From contig OZ240245.1 in the NCBI GenBank assembly GCA_965198175.1, forward strand, positions 2,880,001 through 2,944,000: a DNA stretch of 64,000 nucleotides. Reading direction: 5' to 3'. Position numbers and translations under genes: made by a program. A model generated the notes under the pieces. It made no database searches and was not told the origin of the DNA. It saw only the letters and a list, made by a program, of their open reading frames with translations. Positions 31,113-41,153 of this stretch are shown here, piece after piece. Source of the stretch: Candidatus Poribacteria bacterium. Its GTDB lineage: Bacteria; Poribacteria; WGA-4E; PCPOR2b. Within the stretch, counting starts at the first letter, position 1. Every line of letters starts with the position of its first letter.

Positions 31113-33512
31113 TCAATGCGATTCGACGCCAGGATTCTTCTCTTTTCCGGCTTGAATGATTCGGTCCGCAAAGCTGCCAGGGGCGCAAAATTCACGGATG
31201 TTTTGCCTAAACAACGCCGGGGGCACCGCCCAGATTGCCATCCCAAAGTAATCATCGCAAGCTCTAGGAACAGCGCCATCCGGTTTGAAGAAGCCCTGAG
31301 GGAAATCCCAAGCGAAAAGATGCTCTAGCACCAGGTTGCGGAGCATCTGCTCCATGATTTCCGCCGCCACCTCGGGACGTCCCTGATATGCATATTCCGC
31401 TGAAAGAAGCGCGTTGTGCGACGGGAAAATTCCCTCTGAATCGACCGCTCCTGAACTATCCAGACTGCCATCCGGACGCATCGCGTTAGCGGCGCCCACA
31501 GGAATCGGTTTTACGCACAACCGCTCGATTGTATCCAGTGTAGCGTTCAGGCGATCCGCCGGAAAGACCTCCGGTAGTCCCAAAAGGGCGCAACTGAAAG
31601 ACCCCTCTAGCTGATAGGAAAAAACCGTATCCGAGCAATATTCGGTGCCCGGCGCGTTGAACGTATAGTACGATTGAGCGTCCGAATTCCACAGAGTCGC
31701 CTCCATTGCTCGGCTTCCTCTGTCAATCCAATTCCGACATTCATCGGCGAATGCCGTGTCATCAACATGCTCCGCCATTCGCTCCGCAACTCTCAGCGCG
31801 CACAACCAATGTCCCGCTGTATACGACGCATTGCCGCGCCAGTCCCATGAATCGTAAGGCTGGCCCCTGGGAGCGGTGATTGGATCATATGAAACCAATC
31901 CGTCATCGTAGACCGACTGCGTCATATGGAGGCGCATGGCACGCTTGACAGTCGGATAGAATTCACACACCACTTCGTCTTCGCCAGTCCGCTGCCACAT
32001 GCGATCCACCATTTCTGCAAACAAGAAGCCATTGACCAAGTGGTGCGCGTAGGCAGGCAGGTCGTGCTCATTTGTACCGAGTTGCAACGGTATTCGACCA
32101 TCATCCAGTTGATAAGCTGCGATTGCACGGAGTGTCCCCTGTCTTAGTTCGGGGAAGAAATAGGTAATTGCGAAATCGCCCCAAAAGGCTTGACAAATCA
32201 CCTCTCGCAAAGGCATCGTCCGAGCAGCTTCGACGAGGGTCAGCAGTCCGTCTCGCGGATCCGCGCCGGGGAGACGTATGTAGGAGCTGTCCTTGGTTAT
32301 CAGGTGAAAGATGTTTACGAGCGCGTCCCGCAAGTAAACCGGCAGCGCCTCCTCGCAATAGATTACCTCCTGCCAGCCGAGCACACACTCCAGCAAGGAC
32401 GCATGCTTATTCGCCAAGTGCTCGACAACCTCTAGCGAACTCTTGAAGTGTGTATGGTACATATTGATTGTGCGTGTCTTAGGCCAATACGGTGCGTACC
32501 ACGACAACACAAACCGAACCGTTTTCGTTTCCCCTGGATGGAGTGTGAAGTCCACCGCGACGGAGCTTCCCGGCTTGTCAGATTCCCACTGCGGCAAGCT
32601 GTCCGCAATGGAAGCCCATGCGTCACCATCTGTACCTAACGCTCCACCGCTGCGAACTTGATCAGACCCCACGACGCCCAAGGCATAACCGAACGGCACC
32701 CAAGTTTCAGACACCGGATATCCGCCGGGAAATGTATCCTCCGAATTAGGTCCAGGCCAACCGCTTGACCACGCAGTGACCGCCATCCCGCGAATGCGGC
32801 TTGTGATATCTTCACGCTGAAAATCAGCGGCGCCTTGGCTCTCCTTCTCGTCCGGACCAGGGAAACTGAACGCAATCGCACCGCTCTGTGCGCGTTCGCT
32901 CGTATTGCGGAGGCGCACCTCGAAAACGGCTCCGGGTATGTTCGATTTCGCTGCATCTCCGGGGATGAAGGGCGTCCAAGCGCGCAATCCGACACGGATG
33001 GGTGCATCAAGTTCGTATTCTAAATCCGCGACTGGGTAGTGTCCCCAATAGTGAATCTGCTGAGCGCCCTCTACGCCATCCGGAGCGTCTAGACTGAGTA
33101 CGTAGCTTTTGTCTCCCAACGCTAGACCTAGGAAGGGCAAATCGACATTACGAGTCTGAGGAACGGGCGTTGTCCACCAGTTCAACTTTGCCCCAGTTTC
33201 CGGGTTGACCAGATTGTTGTAGAGAGACCAGCCACCGAGACGCCCGTCAAGCCGCAACGTCACATAGCCAGTGCCAATGCCTCCTAGTGGCACACCGCAT
33301 TCTCGAATTAACGGCCAGTGCGCTTTGTGGGATGCTGTAATTTCGGGATTGCTGAATCCGGTATATGGGACGCCGCCGCCGTTACGGTAAATCACGCCCA
33401 CCACCGGTTGAGAGAATCCATGGGCATGGAATGTCCGCCATTGCCGTTCGGGCAAGTCTATGGGAAATAGATCGTGATCGTGCGAAATCGGATGGGTAGA
33501 GGAGACCCTCAT
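31113..33512 (-). CDS. Glycoside hydrolase family 116-like (GBA2-type) protein
   Basis: GVPLGGIGTG, YWGHYPVA, AWTPFIPGD, QPYDSW, C-terminal (alpha/alpha)6-type region. Confidence 0.82.
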   Translation of the reverse strand: MRVSSTHPISHDHDLFPIDLPERQWRTFHAHGFSQPVVGVIYRNGGGVPYTGFSNPEITASHKAHWPLIRECGVPLGGIGTGYVTLRLDGRLGGWSLYNNLVNPETGAKLNWWTTPVPQTRNVDLPFLGLALGDKSYVLSLDAPDGVEGAQQIHYWGHYPVADLEYELDAPIRVGLRAWTPFIPGDAAKSNIPGAVFEVRLRNTSERAQSGAIAFSFPGPDEKESQGAADFQREDITSRIRGMAVTAWSSGWPGPNSEDTFPGGYPVSETWVPFGYALGVVGSDQVRSGGALGTDGDAWASIADSLPQWESDKPGSSVAVDFTLHPGETKTVRFVLSWYAPYWPKTRTINMYHTHFKSSLEVVEHLANKHASLLECVLGWQEVIYCEEALPVYLRDALVNIFHLITKDSSYIRLPGADPRDGLLTLVEAARTMPLREVICQAFWGDFAITYFFPELRQGTLRAIAAYQLDDGRIPLQLGTNEHDLPAYAHHLVNGFLFAEMVDRMWQRTGEDEVVCEFYPTVKRAMRLHMTQSVYDDGLVSYDPITAPRGQPYDSWDWRGNASYTAGHWLCALRVAERMAEHVDDTAFADECRNWIDRGSRAMEATLWNSDAQSYYTFNAPGTEYCSDTVFSYQLEGSFSCALLGLPEVFPADRLNATLDTIERLCVKPIPVGAANAMRPDGSLDSSGAVDSEGIFPSHNALLSAEYAYQGRPEVAAEIMEQMLRNLVLEHLFAWDFPQGFFKPDGAVPRACDDYFGMAIWAVPPALFRQNIREFCAPGSFADRIIQAGKEKNPGVESH

Positions 33513-33576
33513 ACTTAACTCCTGTTAGAGATTTGGTGAGTTAAAATTGCGTTTTTGCTCAAATAAGTATGAGGCG

Positions 33577-33605
33577 ATTATAGCATCATTCCAGATTCCG
33601 GTCAA
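33577..33605 (-). promoter_or_regulatory. Putative sigma70 promoter for the GH116 gene
   Basis: Minus strand TTGACC-17 bp-TATAAT with extended TG. Confidence 0.65.
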
Positions 33606-33810
33606 GAACAATGCTGTGAATCGTTCTCAATCAAGAACCGCGTCCATCACAACCACAAACCGTTGAATCTCCCATTCACAGATTGCCCTGCTGTAATAGA
33701 ACCATTCAAAGCAGCAGACAACTTCCCCGTTTTCATTTTTCTCTTGACAATTCGGAAGACGTGTGAAATCATATGGCTTTTTGGCGTATCATTTGAGAGG
33801 AGACAATTCT

Positions 33811-34155
33811 ATGGAAATAAATGTTCGTGATAATCAAGGCGTTACAGTGTTTGACCTCAATGGAAGGATTATCGGCGCTGATAGTACTCAACTCAAGCAA
33901 GCGATAGACGAATTAATTGCCAAAACGGACACACCGAAGCTGCTGTTCAATCTATCCGGGGTCTCAATGCTAGATAGTACCGGTCTAGGTACCTTGGTCG
34001 GATCCCACCTGTCTGCATCACGAAAAGGGGGGCGTATCGGCATTATCAATGTTGCGGAAGGTGCGCAGAGCATATTGATCATTGCCAAATTGGTCTCAGT
34101 GTTGGAGCGCTTCGAGTCGGAAGCAGAAGCGATTGAATCTCTATCGTCCAGTTAA
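33811..34155 (+). CDS. STAS-domain anti-sigma factor antagonist
   Basis: LLFNLSGVSMLDSTGLGTLV phosphoserine motif; GAGGAG RBS. Confidence 0.9.
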   Translation: MEINVRDNQGVTVFDLNGRIIGADSTQLKQAIDELIAKTDTPKLLFNLSGVSMLDSTGLGTLVGSHLSASRKGGRIGIINVAEGAQSILIIAKLVSVLERFESEAEAIESLSSS

Positions 34156-34336
34156 AGCGCTTTTCCCGACCCATCTTGCTACCAGTGTTTCACTCCTACA
34201 ACACAGCTTGGTGGGAACCCCAAATGCTCAAGAGGATGGAAATCTCACGTGTAAGTCCACAGGGCTGCGATTGCAATATCTACAGAAGGAATTGACCGCT
34301 CCAAATTCCACAGAAGCTGGCCAAGATTTGGAATCT

Positions 34337-34978
34337 CTAAATATTCATCCCCCACTCGAGTTGTTCGTTTTTCAAATAGGGCAAGAGTAGCATTTGAAGA
34401 CGTCGATGAGCATGGTGTAGATGCGCTTTTATCGTGCCTTCAGATCTGTCCAACCGCGCGGCAATTTCCTTCAACTGTAGACCTTCCTGATAACGGAGGT
34501 TAAAGACACGTTGTTGTCCGGGCGGAAGCTGGCTGACCGCTCTCCCGATAATCTGTCCGAGTTCTTTGGATTCGGCTTGGTCGGGTGGTAGTGGACTGGA
34601 ATCGTTGAACATGTACTCCTCATCGGTTGCGGACGGCGATGTATCAATCGGTAAGATCTGGATGCGCTTCTGTTGGCGAATGAAATCAATGCACAAATTG
34701 GTCGCGATTCGATAAAGCCAGCTATAAAATGCCGCCTGTTTTTTGAACTGGGGTAGCGCTTGAAATGCTTTGATAAATATATCCTGGCAGAGATCGCTCG
34801 CTGATTCGGGATTGGGGACATATTTGTAAACGAGATTATAAATTCTACCTTGGTACCTTATAACAAGTTCGTTGAATACTTCCTTCTCGCCTTTCTGAAA
34901 TCGGTCGATTAGCGCGCTTTCGTTAATAGCAGAATCTCTCAAATCGATTGATGGGATGCCGCTATGTTTCTTAGCCAT
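34337..34978 (-). CDS. ECF RNA polymerase sigma-70 factor
   Basis: DLCQDIFIKAF, FYSWLYRIATNLCID (region 2); LKEIAARLDRSEGTIKAHLH (region 4). Confidence 0.93.
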   Translation of the reverse strand: MAKKHSGIPSIDLRDSAINESALIDRFQKGEKEVFNELVIRYQGRIYNLVYKYVPNPESASDLCQDIFIKAFQALPQFKKQAAFYSWLYRIATNLCIDFIRQQKRIQILPIDTSPSATDEEYMFNDSSPLPPDQAESKELGQIIGRAVSQLPPGQQRVFNLRYQEGLQLKEIAARLDRSEGTIKAHLHHAHRRLQMLLLPYLKNEQLEWGMNI

Positions 34979-35228
34979 ATCGGTCCCCCTCCCCTGAGCA
35001 TTAGGTAATTCGCTTCATCTAACAAATTGATTGAGGTGCGCATAACATTTCTCTGCCTTAAACCTATACACGGCGATCTCTTCAAATAGTTCCATTTTTT
35101 TTCGATACTGTTTCTCCTGACAACGGGTAATATTTTTACGATTGTAAATGCAAATGTGTTGAACCGTTACGATTGTCCAGGTTGCTGGTATCTGCTAGGA
35201 CACCACGCGCCACAACATTCTTTATGCC

Positions 35229-36650
35229 ATGCGCCGATATAGTATTCAAACCAAAATTATCGTGCCATTCACGGTTTTTTCTACCATCGTCGTTTGCGGT
35301 GTTGCGTTCATCATGATTGCCCAGTTCAATCGAAAATACGATGAGCAATATAGCCGTGAGACAAAAGAATGGTTGGACGTAATTGTGCGCACTGGCTATA
35401 TTGACGATCCAGAGAAGGTCAAAGACGCATATGGTGCCGAAGTCATGGTATTTAGCTCGCATAATAACCTAAATATCACAACCTTGACGGACGAGCTGTC
35501 AGATGAAGATTTGGAGAACTTAACGGTGAACATGAAACTGCGTGAAGCACGAAAACAAATCGAGAATTCAGAATCCGATCTCGTTCTCCAGAATGTGACC
35601 GTTGGCGGAAAGCCGTACAAAGCTATCTATTATTTACAGCCTCTTAATCGGTTGTACTGCTTCATGCGTCCAATGGATAAGATCGCTGCCGCAGAGCGTG
35701 ACGCGACTATATGGATGTTGGGAATCACAGGCGTTGTCATCTTATTAGTTGCGGTCATCAGTCATTTTATTGGCAGACATTTAGCAAACCCTATCAAGAC
35801 TCTAGCACGATTCACTCAGCAGGTTGCCGAAGGCAACTTAGAGGGGCAGTGTGAAGTAAAAACGCACGACGAAATTGGAGATTTGGCATCTGCATTTAAT
35901 CAGATGACACGAGATCTACGGAATTCTCGAAATGAACTGATACATGCGGAACGCCTCGCTACCGCCGGGAAAATGGCAGCCTCATTTGCGCACGAAATTC
36001 GGAATCCGCTCTCATCAATGCGCATGGTCGCGCAGATGTTGGTGCGGAAACAAGAGCCATCGGAGGAAAAACTAAAGCAGTCCGTGAAGCATATCCTGGA
36101 AGAGATTCAACGGATTGATGTCATTGTCAAAGGGTTGATGGATTTTGCTCGCCCAGCGTCGCTTGAACTTGCGCCGCAGAACCTGAATAGCGCCTTGCAA
36201 GCGGTGCTGAATCTGATGCAAGCCAACCTCAACCACCATCAAATTGCATTGGTTAAGAAATTCGACGTTCATCTCCCCACCATTCGGTTCGATTTGGATA
36301 AGTTTAAGCAAGCGTTTATGAACATCGTGTTGAACGCAATGGACGCCATGCCGGAGGGAGGAACCTTGACAATCCTGACGTTGCACGATTCGGACGCCAT
36401 TCGCATTGATGTTGTAGACACGGGCGTTGGCATCCCTACGGAGGACATGAATCGGTTGTTCGAGCCCTTCTTTACAACAAAGTCTCAGGGGACCGGGCTT
36501 GGACTAGCAAATGCAAAGCGTGTTTTCGAGGAACACGGTGGGAGGGTACAAATCAACAGTGTCGTTGGAAGCGGAACAACGGTATCGTTGTGGATGCCGT
36601 TGTCAACTATCAAATCACAGGGAGCGGAAAATCGTGAAAAATACCCTTGA
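35229..36650 (+). CDS. Membrane HAMP-domain sensor histidine kinase
   Basis: Two TM helices, HAMP (DEIGDLASAFNQM), H-box AHEIRNPL, N/G1/F/G2 boxes. Confidence 0.95.
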   Translation: MRRYSIQTKIIVPFTVFSTIVVCGVAFIMIAQFNRKYDEQYSRETKEWLDVIVRTGYIDDPEKVKDAYGAEVMVFSSHNNLNITTLTDELSDEDLENLTVNMKLREARKQIENSESDLVLQNVTVGGKPYKAIYYLQPLNRLYCFMRPMDKIAAAERDATIWMLGITGVVILLVAVISHFIGRHLANPIKTLARFTQQVAEGNLEGQCEVKTHDEIGDLASAFNQMTRDLRNSRNELIHAERLATAGKMAASFAHEIRNPLSSMRMVAQMLVRKQEPSEEKLKQSVKHILEEIQRIDVIVKGLMDFARPASLELAPQNLNSALQAVLNLMQANLNHHQIALVKKFDVHLPTIRFDLDKFKQAFMNIVLNAMDAMPEGGTLTILTLHDSDAIRIDVVDTGVGIPTEDMNRLFEPFFTTKSQGTGLGLANAKRVFEEHGGRVQINSVVGSGTTVSLWMPLSTIKSQGAENREKYP

Positions 36651-36713
36651 GGTGGCGAGGCATCGGAATACGACCGTCATCACGGGGTCCGCGACTGCTA
36701 AGATGAGGAAACT

Positions 36714-37334
36714 ATGAGCCAACAAAAAGCAACAAATGTCACCTGGTATGAAGGAGCCATTTCACAGGTAGCAAGAGAAAACCTTCTCGGTCAGAGTGGG
36801 TGTGTTCTCTGGTTTACAGGGCTCTCCGGTTCCGGGAAGTCCACACTCGCGCATGAAGTGGAAAATGCGCTATATCAGCGTGGACATCTAACTTACGTTC
36901 TTGATGGCGACAATGTCCGTCACGGCTTGAACAAAAATCTCGGGTTTTCGCCTGAAGATCGCGCGGAAAATATCCGCCGTATCGGTGAAGTTGCAAAGTT
37001 GTTTGTCGATGCTGGCGTCATTGTAATGACAGCTTTCATTTCACCCTATCATGTCGACCGGGACAACGCACGAGCGCTGATTCATGAAAGTCGATTCGTC
37101 GAAGTTTTTATTAATTGTGCGCTAGGGGTCTGCGAAGAACGCGACACGAAAGGGCTATATAAGCGCGCGCGCGCCGGTGAAATCAAGGAATTCACTGGAA
37201 TTAGCGCGCCATACGAACCTCCAATTCGTCCCGAACTCACATTGAATACGGATACACAAGGCATAGCAGAATGCACGCAACTAATACTTGATTTCCTTGA
37301 GCAAAAGAAATTGGTCCCCAAGGAAGCGGGGTAG
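36714..37334 (+). CDS. cysC: Adenylyl-sulfate kinase
   Basis: WFTGLSGSGKST, LDGDNVRHGL, ENIRRIGEVAKL, FTGISAPYE. Confidence 0.97.
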   Translation: MSQQKATNVTWYEGAISQVARENLLGQSGCVLWFTGLSGSGKSTLAHEVENALYQRGHLTYVLDGDNVRHGLNKNLGFSPEDRAENIRRIGEVAKLFVDAGVIVMTAFISPYHVDRDNARALIHESRFVEVFINCALGVCEERDTKGLYKRARAGEIKEFTGISAPYEPPIRPELTLNTDTQGIAECTQLILDFLEQKKLVPKEAG

Positions 37335-37496
37335 TCCGCACGTTTGTATTGCAGAGCTTGAAACGTATACAGACACCTGTTCCTGAATTTGCCGACCTAA
37401 TTCGCTTGTTCAATCTATATCGCGGTCATAAACGTCTATTTGATCCTTGCATGGCGGTTTTTCATTATTAACCACATTAAAGCAATCGCCGACAAC

Positions 37497-37585
37497 AAAA
37501 AAAGGCATCTACTCTTGCCGCATCGCATGCTTCACTGCTCTCTACTTGATGAGAGATTGACATACGATGTGACAAGCAGATGCCT
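37497..37585 (-). terminator. Extended hairpin plus U-tract downstream of rpsU
   Basis: Minus strand AGGCATCTGCT...AGTAGATGCCT-TTTTTT with further internal stems. Confidence 0.65.
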
Positions 37586-37676
37586 CTCAATTCTGCATTC
37601 TCTTAAAACGAATCCGTCAGTACGATGAGTCCTACGACCGAGCGAATGGGTGCGTCAGCGAAATTTAAATTGTCGC

Positions 37677-37874
37677 TTACCGATGGTCATGATTGTTACG
37701 GGATTTGAGCTTTCGCTGCCGTTTCAATTCCAGCCGTCGCCGCTTTTCGCTCGGCTTTTCATAGAAGCTGCGCTTCTTAATTTCTGTGACGATGCCTGCC
37801 TTACCACATATTTTCTTAAATCGGGCGAGGGCTCTGTCAAATGTTTCATCTGGACCAACCGTGACTTGAATCAT
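37677..37874 (-). CDS. rpsU: 30S ribosomal protein S21
   Basis: ALARFKK..KAGI..EIKKRSFYEKPSEKRR. Confidence 0.96.
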   Translation of the reverse strand: MIQVTVGPDETFDRALARFKKICGKAGIVTEIKKRSFYEKPSEKRRRLELKRQRKLKSRNNHDHR

Positions 37875-38020
37875 ATATTTAATCTACCCTTCCTTCCGAT
37901 ACTCAGCCTTTAGTATCTAGGCGCAATAACGCACCCTATAAGTCTTTCGAACAGCGACGCTACCTGACGACCTAGCACAAAATTCCAAGCTTAAATTTTG
38001 GTTTTAAAATGTAATGTCCT

Positions 38021-38049
38021 ATTATACCAAGTTGCCCTAATTTTCTCAA
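38021..38049 (-). promoter_or_regulatory. Putative sigma70 promoter for rpsU
   Basis: Minus strand TTGAGA-17 bp-TATAAT with extended TG. Confidence 0.65.
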
Positions 38050-38158
38050 TACAAAAATGCGACCTCGGGGCGAATTTCGAAATAAAACCTGAGAATTCCT
38101 TAGCTTCAGGACTTGTGTAAAGGGCTGAAACTCTGCTTTGGGGCAGGTTATATCGAAA

Positions 38159-39142
38159 ATGAACGTACATTCTCAAGCACCTATTGACCTCGATCAGATT
38201 CAACGCATCTTGATTCTTCGTATGGGTCCCCTTGGCGAAACCATCCTGACGACACCCGTCATTCGGACGCTGCGGACCCGTTTCCCAAAGGCGTACATCG
38301 CCTACATGGTCGCACCGAACCGAGAACAACTCGTCTCCGCAAATCCAAATCTTGACGAGGTCATCACTTACGAAATTTGCGTACCAAAGCTGGTTTATGG
38401 TATAATGAAGCGGGCGTTTCAGATGGCGGTCGTCCTACAACCGACGTTTCGTTTGGTGCTGCACACATTTCTTGCGCGTATCCCCTTTCGAGTCGGTTTT
38501 GAGACCAATTGTTGCAGCGGAAGACTGCTGCATGTCGCCGTGCCCAATAACACCAATCAACACGAAACCCGCCGCTATCTCGATGTTGTCCGTGGAATAG
38601 GTATCCAGCCGGATAGCGACGAACCGGAGATGTTCGTTGATGATGAGGCACAGCGATGGGCTGACGATTTCCTAGCGAAATTCAGAATCGACCCCAACCG
38701 CCCGGTAATTGGGCTTAATCCCGGCACAGGGTCGGTTTCTCGTCGATGGTCGAAACTGGGGTTTGCAAAAATTGGAGATTTACTGCATCGGAATCATAAT
38801 GCACAAATTTTAATCACGGCGGGACCTCGTGAAGGTTCGCTGCCATACGAACTAGCCGATCTGATGGATTGCTCCCCAATCATCCTCACCGGTACAACGC
38901 CCATGCAACTAGGTGCAATCATGCAACAGTGTCATCTTTTCATCAGCAACGACACCGGACCCATGCACATGAGTACAGCGGTCAAAACGCCGACGATTGC
39001 GCTGTTCGGCTCGTCGAATCCCGCGCGGTGGGGACCGCTCTGGCACCAACATACGATAATTGCGCGAAAGAGTATGGACGAGATTGCTGTCCATGACGTG
39101 TTGCTAGCGGCGGAGAAACACCTGGCGAATGACGATCGTTAA
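38159..39142 (+). CDS. Glycosyltransferase family 9 (LPS heptosyltransferase-like)
   Basis: ILILRMGPLGETILTTP, NPNLDEVI, LNPG, SNDTGPMH, ALFGS. Confidence 0.9.
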   Translation: MNVHSQAPIDLDQIQRILILRMGPLGETILTTPVIRTLRTRFPKAYIAYMVAPNREQLVSANPNLDEVITYEICVPKLVYGIMKRAFQMAVVLQPTFRLVLHTFLARIPFRVGFETNCCSGRLLHVAVPNNTNQHETRRYLDVVRGIGIQPDSDEPEMFVDDEAQRWADDFLAKFRIDPNRPVIGLNPGTGSVSRRWSKLGFAKIGDLLHRNHNAQILITAGPREGSLPYELADLMDCSPIILTGTTPMQLGAIMQQCHLFISNDTGPMHMSTAVKTPTIALFGSSNPARWGPLWHQHTIIARKSMDEIAVHDVLLAAEKHLANDDR

Positions 39143-39172
39143 AGTCCACGGTATCAATGAGAAGGAGAGGTC

Positions 39173-40636
39173 ATGCACACCGAAATCCAAAATGGTCCTG
39201 AGCGGATTATCGAAAATCGCCTATCCGCAATTCGGCGGCGAATGCAGTTGAACCTTCTCTTGAGCAGACTAGTACGCATCGGGTTCTGGGGGCTCGTCGT
39301 TGCTGGGGTCCTGCTAATCATAAATCGATTTACCCCATTACCGTTTCCCATCAGTTTAGCCGTTCTGATTCCCATCGTCACCGCGTTCGCCGCAGCGATT
39401 TGCCTCTCTCTGTCGCGAAGTGCAGATCTTTTCGCAGTGGCGCGCAGCGTAGACAGGCACTTAAATTTGAAGGAACGTCTCAGCACCGCCCTTGAAGCCA
39501 TCCAACGCGCAAATTCAGACGACGACTTTTTCCGCTTGCAGATTAAAGATGCAGGGCATGTTGCCCAGACAATTGTACCGGCAGCCTCCTTTCCTTACAC
39601 GTTACCGTTGATGCTCAGGTGGATCCCAATCGCACTCTTGCTAATTGCATCCGCATTTGTGATCCCCCAAATGTATGAAACGCCTCCCCCGCCGACCGCA
39701 GCCGAGCGAGATGCCATCGATCAAGCAGCGGAAGCGCTCGAATCAGCACAGTTAAGCGGGTTTAGTGAACTCGCGAGACAGATGCGGGACACCATCAAGG
39801 GATTGCGGAAAAAAGACATTGATGCCAATCAGTCACAGGCTAAACTCAGCAAGCTGCGTGATGTAGTCCGCACCAAAAAAATTCAAGTTCAAGGTGGGAT
39901 GGATAACCTCACGAAGTCGGTTTCCGAAGCGGACGAACAATCCAAATATATCAAGGGGCGCACCGCGAGCGAAATCGCATCCGATTTAGAAAAACTTGCT
40001 AATCAGCTCGAAGGACTTACACCCCAACAACGGAGGGAGTTGGAAATATCACTCAAGAAAATTGCCCAGCGGCTAAGTGAAAATCCCGCTTTTGAAGGTT
40101 TGACAAATCAGTTAGCGGAACTTCAGACGAAAGCGGTCAGTGCCGAGATGCTTCAGCGAATCGCGCGTTTACTCAATCGTAGCGCGAACGAAGCTGACCA
40201 GCTTGAGAGGATTTTGGAGCAAATCAAGACGAACCGCAGTAATATCGCGTTAGCCGGCATCGACATGGATCTCAAAAAGAGAGGCGTTGCGACCAGCGGA
40301 AGTGGATCAGGCGATGATTCGGATACATCGGAGTCACAAAAGACGATAAGTGACAAGAAGCCTCCGCCAATCAGCCCACCGTCGGATGAATCCCAAACCG
40401 ATCTCGAACTCGCAGGTCCCCCCTCCGACTCGCAGGAGTTCGCGCAGGTCTACATTGAGGAAGACCCAACCAGCGAAGGTGAACCCACCTACATGTCCTA
40501 CCGCGAGGTCTATCTCCACGCGCAACAGGCGTACGCCCAAGCGATAGAAAGAGATGAGATTCCCCTGAAGTATCGGGAACAAGTTAAGGCTTATCTAGAA
40601 GCCGTCGCGAATCTGGATAGAAAAGATTCCAAATAA
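39173..40636 (+). CDS. Hypothetical membrane protein with long coiled coil
   Basis: Three TM segments, LKERLSTALE, helical repeats, Gly/Ser-rich linker, C-terminal IPLKYREQVKAY; GGAG RBS. Confidence 0.75.
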   Translation: MHTEIQNGPERIIENRLSAIRRRMQLNLLLSRLVRIGFWGLVVAGVLLIINRFTPLPFPISLAVLIPIVTAFAAAICLSLSRSADLFAVARSVDRHLNLKERLSTALEAIQRANSDDDFFRLQIKDAGHVAQTIVPAASFPYTLPLMLRWIPIALLLIASAFVIPQMYETPPPPTAAERDAIDQAAEALESAQLSGFSELARQMRDTIKGLRKKDIDANQSQAKLSKLRDVVRTKKIQVQGGMDNLTKSVSEADEQSKYIKGRTASEIASDLEKLANQLEGLTPQQRRELEISLKKIAQRLSENPAFEGLTNQLAELQTKAVSAEMLQRIARLLNRSANEADQLERILEQIKTNRSNIALAGIDMDLKKRGVATSGSGSGDDSDTSESQKTISDKKPPPISPPSDESQTDLELAGPPSDSQEFAQVYIEEDPTSEGEPTYMSYREVYLHAQQAYAQAIERDEIPLKYREQVKAYLEAVANLDRKDSK

Positions 40637-40647
40637 GTAGATAAGAC

Positions 40648-40847
40648 GTAGGTTGGGTTGAGATCGACTGAGCGATCAAGCGAACGAATAGTGAGTGCGA
40701 TAGTTCTTCATTGCGATTGTAGGCGATAGTTTTTTCCGAAACCCAACAATCAACCGAGTGAATAACGAGGGATCAAGCAAGCGAATAGTGCGCGCGATAG
40801 TCTTCACTACACGATATTAGCCCCCAGTTTTTCCGAAACCCAACACT
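40648..40847. repeat. REP-like GTAG element with two imperfect ~97-bp tandem units
   Basis: GTAGGTTGGGTTGAG at 40648; units gatcaagc..gaatagtg..gcgatagt..cttca..agtttttccgaaacccaaca start at 40674 and 40771. Confidence 0.7.
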
Positions 40848-40930
40848 ATTCTTTCCGCATGAAATTTCGCTTTTTGCAAAAACTTGTAATGGTCAAGAAG
40901 GTGTTTTACGCACGTTCCTGCTTCCAGCGA

Positions 40931-40970
40931 AAAATCCTCCCCCTTGCTAAGGGGGAGCGAGAGGGGGTGG
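40931..40970. repeat. Palindromic CTCCCCCTT-GCT-AAGGGGGAG dispersed repeat (intact copy)
   Basis: Hairpin at 40937-40957; an inverted, interrupted copy lies at 47713-48034. Confidence 0.8.
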
Positions 40971-41153
40971 GTGCTTTGCACCCCTGCCAAATTCTATAAC
41001 TGGACTAACTTTGGAAATCTAGACCAAGTGAGACATCGTCGTCAGCGTTTACCATCCCCGTGACAAATACAGTTTTTGCAAAAACTCTGCAAAATATGGT
41101 AAAATTCATGGCAACGCTTCTTGGATGCAGATTTAAATCGCGGAGGTTTTTGC

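Noticed and set aside
37497..37585. SRP (4.5S) or 6S RNA
   Set aside because: Lacks the SRP helix-8 CAGG/GNRA/AGCA motif and is too short for 6S.
40648..40847. Possible CRISPR array
   Set aside because: Only two imperfect ~97-bp units, no constant repeat with unique spacers, and no cas genes.
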